DNA of 64,000 nt from contig CAVSBM010000008.1 in assembly GCA_963726175.1 (NCBI GenBank), positions 90,153 to 154,152 of the forward strand, in the 5' to 3' direction. The notes below the pieces were generated by a model. The model had not been told where the DNA came from and searched no databases. It saw only the letters and a list, made by a program, of their open reading frames with translations. Below, piece after piece: positions 30,131 to 40,624 of this stretch. The first letter of the stretch is position 1; each line of letters opens with the position of its first letter. The translations under genes were made by a program, and so were the position numbers. The DNA comes from an uncultured Chloroflexia bacterium (GTDB taxonomy: Bacteria; Chloroflexota; Dehalococcoidia; GIF9; AB-539-J10).

Positions 30131-31501
30131 TTAAAAAGCCTTCCTGAGAATCCCTACTGTCACATGTGACCCGACACCAGCGTGAGATACCCATGCTGCT
30201 TGTTTAGCATTAGGTACCTGGAGGCTCTTCCAGTCTCTGGGCTTCTTCTTGCCAAACGACTCCCAGATCTTCGGGTCGCCATGGAACTTATCATACTTGC
30301 CCTGTATTTGCCAGAGGCACTCGATTCCTTGAAAGATGCCGGTTGCTCCTACAGCATGCATGGTGCCAATCAGACCTCCCGACAGATTGGCTGGACATTT
30401 ACCACCGAAATAGGCATCTCCAGATTCAATGTAATCTGGTTCCTGTCCATACGGGCGAAGGCCGATGTCTCCGTAAGTTTGGATATCGCTTATGGTAAAT
30501 GCATCATGCAACTCCACCAGGTCAAGTTCTTCAAGCGGGTTTGTGATGCCAGCCATTCGATAAGCGAAATAGGCGGCAAATCGTGCCGCAGCGAAGCTTT
30601 CGAATCCCGGCCACCGCTGCCCTTCCTTCTTGCGCAAGCCCTTATACATTTCAGGAGTCTCGTGTGGCAGTAGCGGGATCTCCATGTCTCTACGGTCTGC
30701 TACCCTCAAGGTATGACTCCCGCCGGCTATGAAAAGCTCGCACGGTTTGTCGGTTAACTTATAGGCAGTTTTTTCATCGCAAAGTAGCATGCAGGCGGCA
30801 CCATCGGTCATCGCACAGCATTCCAGGAAACGTAAAGGATAGGTTGACATCGGGCTGTTAAGGACGTCCGGAATTGTGTATTTGCCTGGCTGCTGAGAAT
30901 ACGGCGAATAATAGGCATAGAGGTGATTTTTGACTGCCACCTTGGCTCTGGTCTCTTCAGAGAGATTGTAAGCCCAGGCGAAGCGGACAGCCATAGGAGC
31001 ATAGTAGGCAGAATAAATGCGGGAAAGCCTGGTCTCAAAGTCTTTGCAGGCGGCGGTGGCAATGTAGTAGTTACCAGTTCGCGTATCTACTTCAGACATG
31101 CGCTCCCACCCTACTGCCAAAGCCACATCAGCGTATCCGCTGGCTATCGCCATAGCGGCTGTTAGCACAGTGGAGCCACCCGTGGCCCCACCAGTCTTGA
31201 CACCTATGTCGTACATCGGGTCAAGACCGAGGTAGTCAGTGACCTTGGCTTCGCACAGGAGCTGGTCTTGAAAGTGGTCGGCAAATGCGCCGCAGGCAAG
31301 GAAGTTGATTAATCCCTTGATTTCCACCGGAGAAAGCTTTAGATCATTCTTCTCCAACATCTGCCGGAATGCCACCATCACCTGCTCTTCGAGCTTCATT
31401 TCCGGGCAGAACTTTTTGTAATTTGTCAGGCCCCCGGCAACGGCAAATACCTTTCTGTTCCATTTCGGAATACGCCAATTTCCTTCCTTCAGAGTAATCA
31501 C
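30131..31501 (-). CDS. Thiolase-like protein (SCP-x/DUF35-associated type)
   Basis: 456 aa with ECCAMTDGAA and LSGGLIGTMHAVGATG. The GTG start overlaps the reconstructed tetR stop (GTGA). Confidence 0.8.
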   Translation of the reverse strand: MITLKEGNWRIPKWNRKVFAVAGGLTNYKKFCPEMKLEEQVMVAFRQMLEKNDLKLSPVEIKGLINFLACGAFADHFQDQLLCEAKVTDYLGLDPMYDIGVKTGGATGGSTVLTAAMAIASGYADVALAVGWERMSEVDTRTGNYYIATAACKDFETRLSRIYSAYYAPMAVRFAWAYNLSEETRAKVAVKNHLYAYYSPYSQQPGKYTIPDVLNSPMSTYPLRFLECCAMTDGAACMLLCDEKTAYKLTDKPCELFIAGGSHTLRVADRRDMEIPLLPHETPEMYKGLRKKEGQRWPGFESFAAARFAAYFAYRMAGITNPLEELDLVELHDAFTISDIQTYGDIGLRPYGQEPDYIESGDAYFGGKCPANLSGGLIGTMHAVGATGIFQGIECLWQIQGKYDKFHGDPKIWESFGKKKPRDWKSLQVPNAKQAAWVSHAGVGSHVTVGILRKAF

Positions 31502-32170
31502 TTGAATCGCTCCTTTCTGTGTCCGTCACCGACACGAGTGTTGTTATCTACCCTAATCGCTCTCAAAATAGCATCGGTTTGTTCTTTTACGATATATTTG
31601 GAAACTCGAGTGTCTTCTCAGATACCAGCGCCTGAGAGCCCAGGCATGTCCAAGAACGACTATGTCATGAGCAATCAGCTTGGGATCATCAATGCTAAAT
31701 TCACCTTCCTCAACGCCTCTTGTAAGCAACTTCTCAAATACAGTCAGTATGCGCGCTTCGGAGTCAAAAATATCTTGCCGGGCATTGCTCGGCAGATTCT
31801 TCGTTTCCTGATATGTAAACAGAGTAATGTCTTGATTGTCATCATGCCATTCATAGAACTTCCTCATAAGCTCTGCAAGAGCTCTCGTTGGGCTTACCCT
31901 TCCCAATTCACTGACATAATCCTCCATGGAACCTGCCTGTTGTGAGGTAGCACTATTGATAATGGAATAGAGGATCTCTTCTTTTGAACCGAAATAGTGA
32001 TACAACGCGCCGGCACTCATGTCACAAGCTTTAGCCAGCTCGCGCATATTGGTTCGGTCATACCCTTTCTTAGTTAATACCTTTGTGGAGCAGCGGACTA
32101 TATGGTTTCTGCGCTCTTTGACCAAAGCCTCGTCATTACTGAAAGTGCGTATGGTGAATTCTTTAGGCAA
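31498..32170 (-). CDS. TetR/AcrR-family transcriptional regulator
   Basis: RCSTKVLTKKGYDRTNMRELAKACDMSAGALYHYFGSKEEIL. The as-read ORF stops at 31553. A 1-nt shift near 31615 gives ...SKYIVKEQTDAILRAI... ending at a TGA (31498-31500) that overlaps the thiolase GTG. Confidence 0.8.
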
Positions 32171-32184
32171 TTTTCACCTGGGCG

Positions 32185-32202
32185 ATTGAACGAACATTCA
32201 AT
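32185..32202. promoter_or_regulatory. Candidate TetR operator
   Basis: Inverted repeat ATTGAA-CGAACA-TTCAAT, 15 nt upstream of the tetR start codon. Confidence 0.45.
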
Positions 32203-32269
32203 CTACGAGTCTCGCCCCACTGTATCATCTGAGATAACCTTTGTCAACAACATGTCCTCGATCAGTACC

Positions 32270-32374
32270 TTAGTGATACATCATCTCCTTTCTTCTATTT
32301 TCCGAATAGCACTGAAGGTACTCCTGGGGAGTGAGGTAGCCCAAAGATTGGTGAGGACGATATGTGTCACTAAT
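32270..32374 (-). pseudogene. C-terminal remnant of a DDE (rve) transposase
   Basis: Reads ISDTYRPHQSLGYLTPQEYLQCYSENRRKEMMYH*, the hallmark (N)xxRPHQSLGYxTPxEY integrase-core end. A stop lies immediately upstream. Confidence 0.6.
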
Positions 32375-32624
32375 CTATCTGAACTGGATCATTGTCTTTG
32401 ACTTAGGGGGAGTACTTCAATAATCTGGCGGCAAAGAAATAAGGAAATGACGTAGGCGGTCGGGCAACTTAGGCAACAATTTTGGGGAAGAACACATATT
32501 TTCCTGACGATTTACAGTTAGATTGGAATGCTTTATAATTCAAGAATCTGTAATTCAAGATGTGGAAGCCCACGCATTGTTCTGTTCATGGTCAAGGGAT
32601 GGCCTATCCCAGGAGGTTTAACTA

Positions 32625-34934
32625 ATGGATATAACACTGTTTGAAGTCTTCCGTACCGGCGTTGCCACTGCCTTTGAAAAGTATGCTTTAATCGCTGTCA
32701 TAGTAGTTGCTATAGGCGGTTTACTTTATGCCGCTTTTCTTAACCGCCAGATCATGAGGGAGCCGGAGGGGACGGAAAAAATGAAGCGTCTATCCATGGC
32801 TATCCGCACTGGCGGCAATGCTTATCTTAGGCGGCAGTTCCGCACCATAATCGTGATCTTCTTCGTCTTAGCAGTGTTTGTATTTTTCACCGGCTGGTTT
32901 TCTCCATCAAAATACAACCCCAACTGGGTTATCGGTCTGGGTCGCGCTGGTGGCTTCTTGATAGGTGCTCTATTCTCTGCCCTGGTAGGTTACCTGGGTA
33001 TGAATATGGCGATGCGAGGCAATGTCAGGGTGGCTCAAGCTGCCCGCAGCAGTTTTGCCAAGGCTCTCAAGATAGGCTATCGCACCGGCACTGTAACCGG
33101 CATGCTCACCGACGGTCTTGGGCTTCTCGGTGGCACTGTACTCTTCATTATCTTCTTTAAGGATGCTCCCTTGGTGCTAATAGGCTTTGGTTTCGGCGGC
33201 ACGCTACTTGCCCTGTTTATGCGTGTTGGTGGTGGCATTTATACCAAAGCTGCTGATGTCGGGGCTGATCTGGTGGGTAAGGTGGAAAAGGGAATTCCCG
33301 AGGATGACCCCCGAAATGCCGCGGTGATTGCTGACCAGGTTGGTGATAACGTGGGTGACTGTGCCGGAATGGCAGCCGATATCTTCGAGTCTTACGAAGT
33401 TACCATTGTTTCTGCTTTAATCTTAGGGATTTTGCTCACCGTTGCCACTGGCGCCCTTTACTGGATTATCTTGCCGCTTTTGATACGGGCTTGCGGCGTT
33501 CTGGGTTCCATTATTAGCACCTATACGGTTGGGCGTGGTAAGGGGGAGAATGCGATGGATGCTATACACCGTGCTTACTGGCTCGGTGCAGCAATCACTT
33601 GTATATCTGCCTTCCTTTTTGCCCATTTTTACTGCCACGACCTTCGTTTCTTCTGGGTGATAATGATAGGTGTCTTCTTAGCCATAGCCACAAATTATAT
33701 CGCCGATTATTACACTGGAGACAGACATGCCCCAGTAAAGGAAATCGCCAAATCAACCAAAACTGGACCAGCCACTACCATCCTCTCCGGGTTTGGCTGG
33801 GGATTTGAGAGCACTGTGATGGCTATAATTGCTATTGCATTAGCCATTTTAGGCTCAGCAATCGTGTGGCGGAATGGTGTGGCAGTCCCTGGAGCAACAA
33901 CAATGCCTGTAGACTTACTATGTATATTCTACGGTGTGGCTCTTTGTGGCATTGGGCTACTTACCTTGACCGGCAACAATATTGCCATGGATACCTTTGG
34001 TCCCGTGGTTGATAATGCCAATGGCATCGGGGAAATGGCAAAGCTCGAACCTGAGACTCGCCAGACTTTGAATGACCTGGATGCGGTAGGCAACACTACC
34101 AAGGCTATCACCAAGTGCATTGCTATCGCTTCGGCAGTCCTGGCAGCAGTGGCTCTATTTGCTGCCTTCTACGCCGATTATCAGCTTAAAACAATTGACT
34201 TGATTCAGTGGAAGGTCTTCGTTGCTTTCCTTATCGGGGGTGCCATACCATTTCTGTTCAGTTCTCTCACCATTAGAGCTGTGGGTAGAGCGGCACATGA
34301 AATTATAAATGAGGTGCGTTACCAGTTTGCCAATGTTAAAGGAGTCTGGGAAGGCACAGTTGACCCGGACTATGCCAGGGTGGTTTCTATTTGCACTGGA
34401 GCTGCTCAGAGGGAGTTGATCACTCCGGCACTTTTGGCTGTCCTTTCACCCATAGCCATAGGCTTACTCCTTGGCCTGGAAGCGCTGGCAGGATTCCTGG
34501 CAGGGGTGATACTGGTGGGGCAACTCCTGGCAGTATATATGGCAAATACGGGTAATGCCTGGGACAATGCCAAGAAGTCCATTGAAGACGGGTTATACGG
34601 TGGCAAAGGCTCCGAGGCGCACAAAGCAGCGGTGATAGGCGATACCGTAGGTGACCCACTTAAGGATACCGCCGGACCTGCTCTAAATCCGCTGATTAAA
34701 GTCATTAACCTGGTTTCGGTCCTGGCTGCCGCACTGATGGTGGTAGTAGTGGACGGTCAAATTGTGCCGCGGGGACTCACACCGGTTACCGTCGGCGTAG
34801 CGGTGGCAGCGATTGTAGTCATACTTGTAGCCGTCTGGCGTTCGAGGAAAGAAGAATCCTTCGGTCGCGAATACGAAACAATGGAAGTGGTTTCTGCAAC
34901 GGATCCAGGAAAAAAGGGCCCGCCCGGCAAATGA
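32625..34934 (+). CDS. hppA: Membrane-bound proton/sodium-translocating pyrophosphatase
   Basis: 769 aa and polytopic. Contains GGGIYTKAADVGADLVGKVE, DNVGDCAGMAADIFESY and GDTVGDPLKDTAGPALN. Confidence 0.95.
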   Translation: MDITLFEVFRTGVATAFEKYALIAVIVVAIGGLLYAAFLNRQIMREPEGTEKMKRLSMAIRTGGNAYLRRQFRTIIVIFFVLAVFVFFTGWFSPSKYNPNWVIGLGRAGGFLIGALFSALVGYLGMNMAMRGNVRVAQAARSSFAKALKIGYRTGTVTGMLTDGLGLLGGTVLFIIFFKDAPLVLIGFGFGGTLLALFMRVGGGIYTKAADVGADLVGKVEKGIPEDDPRNAAVIADQVGDNVGDCAGMAADIFESYEVTIVSALILGILLTVATGALYWIILPLLIRACGVLGSIISTYTVGRGKGENAMDAIHRAYWLGAAITCISAFLFAHFYCHDLRFFWVIMIGVFLAIATNYIADYYTGDRHAPVKEIAKSTKTGPATTILSGFGWGFESTVMAIIAIALAILGSAIVWRNGVAVPGATTMPVDLLCIFYGVALCGIGLLTLTGNNIAMDTFGPVVDNANGIGEMAKLEPETRQTLNDLDAVGNTTKAITKCIAIASAVLAAVALFAAFYADYQLKTIDLIQWKVFVAFLIGGAIPFLFSSLTIRAVGRAAHEIINEVRYQFANVKGVWEGTVDPDYARVVSICTGAAQRELITPALLAVLSPIAIGLLLGLEALAGFLAGVILVGQLLAVYMANTGNAWDNAKKSIEDGLYGGKGSEAHKAAVIGDTVGDPLKDTAGPALNPLIKVINLVSVLAAALMVVVVDGQIVPRGLTPVTVGVAVAAIVVILVAVWRSRKEESFGREYETMEVVSATDPGKKGPPGK

Positions 34935-35137
34935 AAGCTAAGGGCCGTAATACTAGATGATGTGACGCTCCCGCGGGGTTGCTTTCTATCACTCACGGGG
35001 AGCGTAGAGACGTATTTGGATGCTTTCCATGGTGGGTGGCGATTGGAGGCGGAGATTTCACCAGGTTTCACCTCCATCATTCCCCTCGCCTGGTTTCGAG
35101 CTTTGTCATATGATAGCAATGCTTTATAATAAGCGGT

Positions 35138-35839
35138 ATGAGGGTGCACAAACTACACGACTGGGAAGTGAGCGTTGCCCAAGCCAGGGAAATACAATTG
35201 AGCCTGGCGAAAAAAGTGGTGACCGAAGATGGAGTTGTTAACCCACGCATTATTGCCGGTATTGACATATCTGCTCCTGATGCCCGAGGCGTAGCCAGAG
35301 GAGCAGTGGTAGTTCTTCGTTACCCTGAGTTCGGCATAGTCGAGGTAAAGGTAGTTGAGGATAAGATTATGTTTCCCTATATTCCTGGCCTGTTGTCTTT
35401 CCGAGAAAGTCCCTTGCTACTGGCCGCTTGTGAAAAACTATGCAATGTTCCCGACCTTGTTCTGATTGATGGTCAAGGGATTGCTCATCCCAGGAGATTT
35501 GGGCTTGCCTCACATGTGGGACTTTTTCTGGATTTGCCCACTATAGGATGTGCGAAATCTATCCTTTGTGGCCAGCATCAGCCTGCAGGGGAAGAGGCTG
35601 GCTCTCATGCTGAACTGTTTGATAATGGGGAGCTTATTGGGGCAGCGCTGAGAACTAAGTCGGGAGTGAAACCAATATATGTTTCCGTGGGTCACAAAAT
35701 TAACTTGGCATCGGCTTTGCAGTGGGTTATGAAGTGTTGCCGTGGTTATAGACTTCCTGAACCCACCCGTCTGGCTCACCTCGCTGCCGGCGGAATGTTG
35801 ACGTCCGAACCAAGCTGCCAAGGAAAGTTATTCGAATAA
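35138..35839 (+). CDS. nfi: Endonuclease V
   Basis: IAGIDIS...FPYIPGLLSFRESPLLL...LIDGQGIAHPRRFGLASHVG...PTIGCAKS. Confidence 0.9.
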   Translation: MRVHKLHDWEVSVAQAREIQLSLAKKVVTEDGVVNPRIIAGIDISAPDARGVARGAVVVLRYPEFGIVEVKVVEDKIMFPYIPGLLSFRESPLLLAACEKLCNVPDLVLIDGQGIAHPRRFGLASHVGLFLDLPTIGCAKSILCGQHQPAGEEAGSHAELFDNGELIGAALRTKSGVKPIYVSVGHKINLASALQWVMKCCRGYRLPEPTRLAHLAAGGMLTSEPSCQGKLFE

Positions 35840-35851
35840 GGAGTATTGCAA

Positions 35852-36950
35852 ATGCAGGAAGAGAAGGAAGATCTGGAGGCCTTGCTTCGGCAAATCTCAG
35901 ACATCATGGTGCATCTTTGACATCTCTGGCAAGGAAAAGGGAATTGCCAGAATGGAGGCAGAGTCAGCACAACCTGACTTTTGGCATGACCCGGCTAAAG
36001 CTCAAGCTATCATGCGTGAGCTCAGGGGCAAGAGGAACTTGGTCAGTGTCTGGCGGGGGTTAGAAAAGAAGGCCGCCGACCTTCGGGAAATGATTGTTCT
36101 GGCTATCGGGGAAGAAGATTACTCTCTCAAAGAAGAGATACAACTGGAACTGAGAAAGCTGAACTCCCAGTTTGAACAGTTGGAGAGTCAACAGCTTTTT
36201 ACTGGCGATTACGATAATCGAAATGCCATGCTCGCTCTTCATGCTGGGGCCGGTGGCACAGAGTCTCAGGATTGGGCCAATATGTTGCTCAGGATGTACG
36301 TGCGGTGGGCAGAGCGGCATGATTATGAGGCTGAAGTCTTAGATGTCTCCCCGGGCGAAGAGGCAGGTATCAAAAGCGCTGTCGTGGAGATCAAAGGGGA
36401 TTATGCCTTTGGCTATCTCAAAGGTGAGCACGGAGTGCACAGATTGGTGCGGCTGTCTCCTTTTGATGCCGACCATGCCCGCCACACATCTTTTGTTCTG
36501 GTGGAAGTCCTCCCTGAAGCTGAAGAGACGGTGGATATCAGAATAAACCCGGAAGACCTGAAGATAGACACTTTCAGGTCCAGTGGTCCGGGCGGGCAAC
36601 ATATGCAGAAGACAAGCAGCGCTGTCAGGATTACTCACCTGCCTACAGGTTTGGTAGCGACTTGCCAGGGCCAGAGGTCTCAGCACCAAAACAAAGAAGC
36701 TGCTTTGAAAGTCCTCTATTCTCGCCTCCTGGAGCTTGACCGCAAGCAGAAAGGAGAGGAGAGAGCCAGGCTGAAAGGCGAACGTATTGACGCGGCTTGG
36801 GGAAATCAGATTAGAAGTTATGTCCTCCATCCCTATAAAATGGTGAAGGATCACCGCACCGATTACGAGGTTCACGATGCTGAAGCTGTGCTGGATGGAG
36901 AACTAGATGGATTTGTCACTGCCTACCTTCGGTCCAAAGTGGGGAAATGA
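35852..36950 (+). CDS. prfB: Peptide chain release factor 2, with a programmed +1 frameshift
   Basis: ORF0 is MQEEKEDLEALLRQISDIMVHL, ending at CTT TGA C (35915-35921). The +1 frame continues DISGKEKGIARMEAESAQPDFWHD...SGPGGQHMQKTSSAVRITHLPTG. Confidence 0.95.
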
Positions 36951-38188
36951 TTAAGCATGTCGCGCTAATGACTCTGGCTCTTCTCTGGCTTTTGAGCCCT
37001 TCCCTCGTCGAAGCCGAGGCTGGTATTACAGTCACAGCTAGCGACGTAAACGCAGATTTCCCCAGCCAGATTGAGTTCACTGTTGATGCTGAAAGCCATG
37101 TTGATATCGTTGATGCGCGTCTTTGTTATCGGGTGAATAGAATGAACTATGCTGAGGTTGTCAGTGAAGGGTGGGCTGATTTCACTCCAGCAAGCAGAAT
37201 AGAGGCTAGTTGGGTATGGGATATGACGAATGCAAGCTTGCCCCCCGGTGCTGAGGTCACATATTGGTGGGTGATTGAGGATGTTGACAGGAACAGATTT
37301 GAGACACCGCCTCAGATAATGCATTTCGATGATAGTCGCTTTTCTTGGCAGAGCCTGACCAGTACCGCACCCGAGGGCGGAGGAGTTACCCTTTTCTGGT
37401 ACACCGGCGGCGATTCCTTCGCCCAAGAATTGATGGATGCCTGTCGGGAAGGACTTGCCATGTTGACCCAGGATGTTGGTACTCACCCGGAAAGGCCCAT
37501 CAAGATATATATCTATGCCTCGAGTGAGGATTTGCGGGGAGCCATGATCTACTCTCAGGAATGGACCGGAGGTGTCGCCTTTGCTGATTTTGGGACAATC
37601 GCTATTAGTATCGCACCAAGCCAACTGGGGTGGGGCGAGAGGGCGGTGGTTCACGAATTGACGCATCTTGTCGTTCACGAGGCAACTTTTAGTCCTTATG
37701 GACAGCTTCCTCTCTGGCTTGACGAGGGGTTAGCCACATATAATGAAGGTGAGCTTGATCCAGATCTTCGCTACAGCCTAAATAAGGCGATTTTGGAAGG
37801 CGCACTTATCTCAGTACGCAGCCTGTGTAGCCCATTTTCCGCTTACGCTGACAAAGCTCGGCTTTCCTATGCGCAGAGCTATAGCCTCGTGGAGTACCTT
37901 CTGGATAATTATGGAGAGGACAAAATGCTCGACTTCTTGACTCTTTTGAAGCAGGGTAGTACCTACGATGAAGCTCTGACCGAGGTCTATGATTTTGACA
38001 TAGATGGGCTTGATGCTCGTTGGCGAGCAACGCTAACATCCCGCACTGTCGTTGCGAGCGAAGCGCGGGAATCTCATCCCGCCTTGATTGCTGGGCTAGC
38101 AGCATTGGCAATAGGGCTCGCCATATGGGGCGCTCTGGCTCTGGAGAAGCGGACTTGGCGAAGGTTATCTAGGAAATCAACTATATGA
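36947..38188 (+). CDS. Secreted/membrane-anchored peptidase MA-family metalloprotease
   Basis: Signal peptide, HELTHLVVHE...LDEGLATYNEG and a C-terminal TM segment. There is an ATGA overlap with the prfB stop. Confidence 0.7.
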   Translation: MIKHVALMTLALLWLLSPSLVEAEAGITVTASDVNADFPSQIEFTVDAESHVDIVDARLCYRVNRMNYAEVVSEGWADFTPASRIEASWVWDMTNASLPPGAEVTYWWVIEDVDRNRFETPPQIMHFDDSRFSWQSLTSTAPEGGGVTLFWYTGGDSFAQELMDACREGLAMLTQDVGTHPERPIKIYIYASSEDLRGAMIYSQEWTGGVAFADFGTIAISIAPSQLGWGERAVVHELTHLVVHEATFSPYGQLPLWLDEGLATYNEGELDPDLRYSLNKAILEGALISVRSLCSPFSAYADKARLSYAQSYSLVEYLLDNYGEDKMLDFLTLLKQGSTYDEALTEVYDFDIDGLDARWRATLTSRTVVASEARESHPALIAGLAALAIGLAIWGALALEKRTWRRLSRKSTI

Positions 38189-38196
38189 AATAAGCC

Positions 38197-38886
38197 ATGA
38201 AAGACTCTTTTACTGTTCGTGATTTGCCCCTCAGTGAACGCCCCCGGGAGAGGCTGTTGAAGCTGGGCAGTGAAGCGCTTTCTGCCCAGGAGATTCTAGC
38301 TTTGATCCTGGGTCGAGGAACTAAAGGCGAGTCTGTCATGGTGACTAGTCAGAAGCTGCTAAGCCGCTTTGGCAGTCTCAAAGGCGTTGCCAATGCCTCT
38401 GTGGAGGAGTTGACTCAAACGAAAGGCATCGGGCCAGCCAAGGCGGCACAGATTAAAGCTGCCCTTGAACTGAGCAGGAGGCTGGAAGCCGACGCCGGTG
38501 AGACACCCAAGCCGGTCCTCAAGTCCCCGGATGATGTAGCTGCCGAGGTCAGGACCAAGTTGAAAGGGAAGAAGAAGGAGCATTTTCTGGTACTCTGCCT
38601 GGATACCAGAAACAGGCTAATAAATTCCAAGCTAGTTTCCATAGGCAGCTTGGATACGAGCATTGTTCATCCCCGTGAGGTGTTTAAAGAGGCAGTGTCT
38701 TCCTGCGCCGCCTCAGTAATTTTTGCTCATAACCATCCTTCGGGTGACCCGGAGCCGTCCAAAGAAGATATTGAATTAACCAAGCGGCTGGCTAAGGCCG
38801 GCGAGATCATGGGCATTGATGTCCTTGACCACATCATCGTCTGCGATAAGAGTCACTCGAGCCTGAAGGCTAAGAACTTGTTCTGA
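38197..38886 (+). CDS. radC: RadC-family JAB-domain protein
   Basis: ERPRERLLKLG...LSAQEILALILGRGT...GIGPAKAAQIKAALEL...HNHPSGDPEPSKEDIELTKRL. Confidence 0.9.
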   Translation: MKDSFTVRDLPLSERPRERLLKLGSEALSAQEILALILGRGTKGESVMVTSQKLLSRFGSLKGVANASVEELTQTKGIGPAKAAQIKAALELSRRLEADAGETPKPVLKSPDDVAAEVRTKLKGKKKEHFLVLCLDTRNRLINSKLVSIGSLDTSIVHPREVFKEAVSSCAASVIFAHNHPSGDPEPSKEDIELTKRLAKAGEIMGIDVLDHIIVCDKSHSSLKAKNLF

Positions 38887-38930
38887 ATCGATTTACTGCA
38901 ACTTGATTTCTGAGATATACTATTGGGTAG

Positions 38931-40034
38931 GTGGGCATCGTGAAGACTAGCAAAAGCAGCGAGGTTTTCTTTTTCCCCTACGATAGGGGTAGGGCTTTCC
39001 TCAGAGGGTTGAGGACTCTTTTCTCTAAGGTAGGTGATGTTGTCTCTGCGGGTGATTCCGTAGCGGTGAAGATGCACATGGGAGAATATGGCGGTAGTGC
39101 TTACCTCCGCCCGCCGATAGTGCGCCGAGCATGTGATTTGATTAAAGAGGCTGGAGGCAAACCGTTTGTCACCGATACCACTACTCTCTATCCCCTGGGG
39201 AGATTCACTGCCGGCAAGTATCTGGCTACGGCAGCTCGTAATGGCTTCACCGAGGAATCGGTAGGAGCGCCTGTGGTTATCGCTGATGGAGAGCAAGGTT
39301 ATGATGGGGAGTGGGCGGCTATCCCCAGGCAGGTTTCTGGTTGCTCTTTAGATAGGATAAAGATAGCCAGCAAGATTTTCAATGCCGACTGTCTGATAAT
39401 TCTCTCGCATGTGAAAGGGCATGAACAGGCCGGCTTTGGCGGCTCTATCAAGAATGTGGCTATGGGCTGTGTTACCAAGGAGTCGAAGGCTGCTCAACAT
39501 AGGGCGAATCGGGCTATCATCGACATCTCTAAATGCAACGGCTGCGGACAATGCGTTGAAGTATGCCCGTTCAAAGCCTTGTCGTTAGTTGAGGAAAAAA
39601 TGGTGCGTGATGACGAGAAATGCATGGATTGCAGTCATTGTCTCTATCTCTGCCCGGAGGGTGTTTACTCCTTACCTTCCGGGGCTAAGGAGAGGTTTCA
39701 AATTTCTCTGGCTCATGCTGCTGTGGCGGTACTGAGCCGATTTCAGTCTAAAGTGGCTTTCATCAATTTCGTCCAGGATGTGACGCAATCATGTGACTGT
39801 GTCGCGCCGTCAGGTTTTCCAGTGGTTCCCGATATTGGCATCCTCGCCTCCACGGATGTGGTGGCCGTTGACAAGGCATCGTTGGACTTGATTGCCCAAA
39901 GCAGACCCCTGGGGAGATTTGCCGACATCAGTTCTCCCGATATACTGGGCAAGATAAATGGCACTGATGGCCTGATCCAGATTAAGACTGCGCATGAGCT
40001 TGGTCTGGGCCACATGGCATATGAACTGAAATAG
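38931..40034 (+). CDS. DUF362 protein with an inserted 2x[4Fe-4S] ferredoxin domain
   Basis: VAVKMHMGEYG...KPFVTDTTTLY plus CNGCGQCVEVCP and CMDCSHCLYLCP. Confidence 0.7.
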   Translation: MGIVKTSKSSEVFFFPYDRGRAFLRGLRTLFSKVGDVVSAGDSVAVKMHMGEYGGSAYLRPPIVRRACDLIKEAGGKPFVTDTTTLYPLGRFTAGKYLATAARNGFTEESVGAPVVIADGEQGYDGEWAAIPRQVSGCSLDRIKIASKIFNADCLIILSHVKGHEQAGFGGSIKNVAMGCVTKESKAAQHRANRAIIDISKCNGCGQCVEVCPFKALSLVEEKMVRDDEKCMDCSHCLYLCPEGVYSLPSGAKERFQISLAHAAVAVLSRFQSKVAFINFVQDVTQSCDCVAPSGFPVVPDIGILASTDVVAVDKASLDLIAQSRPLGRFADISSPDILGKINGTDGLIQIKTAHELGLGHMAYELK

Positions 40035-40198
40035 CAAAAACAAGAATGCAGAATGCAAGTCAAAATTTAGAAATGGATTTGGGGGTCAAAGGAAGCAAGC
40101 GATTTTTGCATTTTGATCTGTAATTTTGGTCTGGTATCTTTACTCTTTGGTATTTCTCTCGAGATTCGATCACGGTTTAGGACAGTATTTAGAATAAC

Positions 40199-40624
40199 AT
40201 GGAAGATATTGACCTGGCTCGTTCTCTTTTGGAAGAAGATAAATGGAACTTGGTCATAGTGAAGAACGGGCGAGTCCTTTTTAGCTCCAGAGAGCGCGGA
40301 ATAGCCCCCTTTTTTCAAGCTGTTCAGAGCATAGGAAGGGGTTTACATAATGCTGCAGTGGCTGACCGCATCGTGGGGTTAGCTGTTGGTATGCTCTGCC
40401 TTCATGCTCGGGTGAGGTCGGTGTATGCTGGCATAATGAGCCAGGGAGCGTTTGATATGCTGACGAAGAAGGGAGTAGCCGTTAATAGTAAGACTACGGT
40501 GCCTCACATCTCTAACTACGATGGTACAGGCTTGTGTCCTTTTGAGAAGCTGGCGGAGAGTTGCCGGAAGCCTTCTCAACTGCTGGCAGCGTTACAGTCT
40601 CTTTTTGCGAAAGGTGACCAATGA
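40199..40624 (+). CDS. DUF1893 (TM1506-like) protein
   Basis: 141 aa, with LVIVKNGRVLFSSRERGIAPFF...VADRIVGLAV...GLCPFEKL. Confidence 0.6.
   Translation: MEDIDLARSLLEEDKWNLVIVKNGRVLFSSRERGIAPFFQAVQSIGRGLHNAAVADRIVGLAVGMLCLHARVRSVYAGIMSQGAFDMLTKKGVAVNSKTTVPHISNYDGTGLCPFEKLAESCRKPSQLLAALQSLFAKGDQ

Noticed and set aside
36965-37678. 237-aa minus-strand ORF.
   Set aside because: It is antisense to the peptidase-MA gene, which has a signal peptide and an HExxH motif, and has no features of its own.
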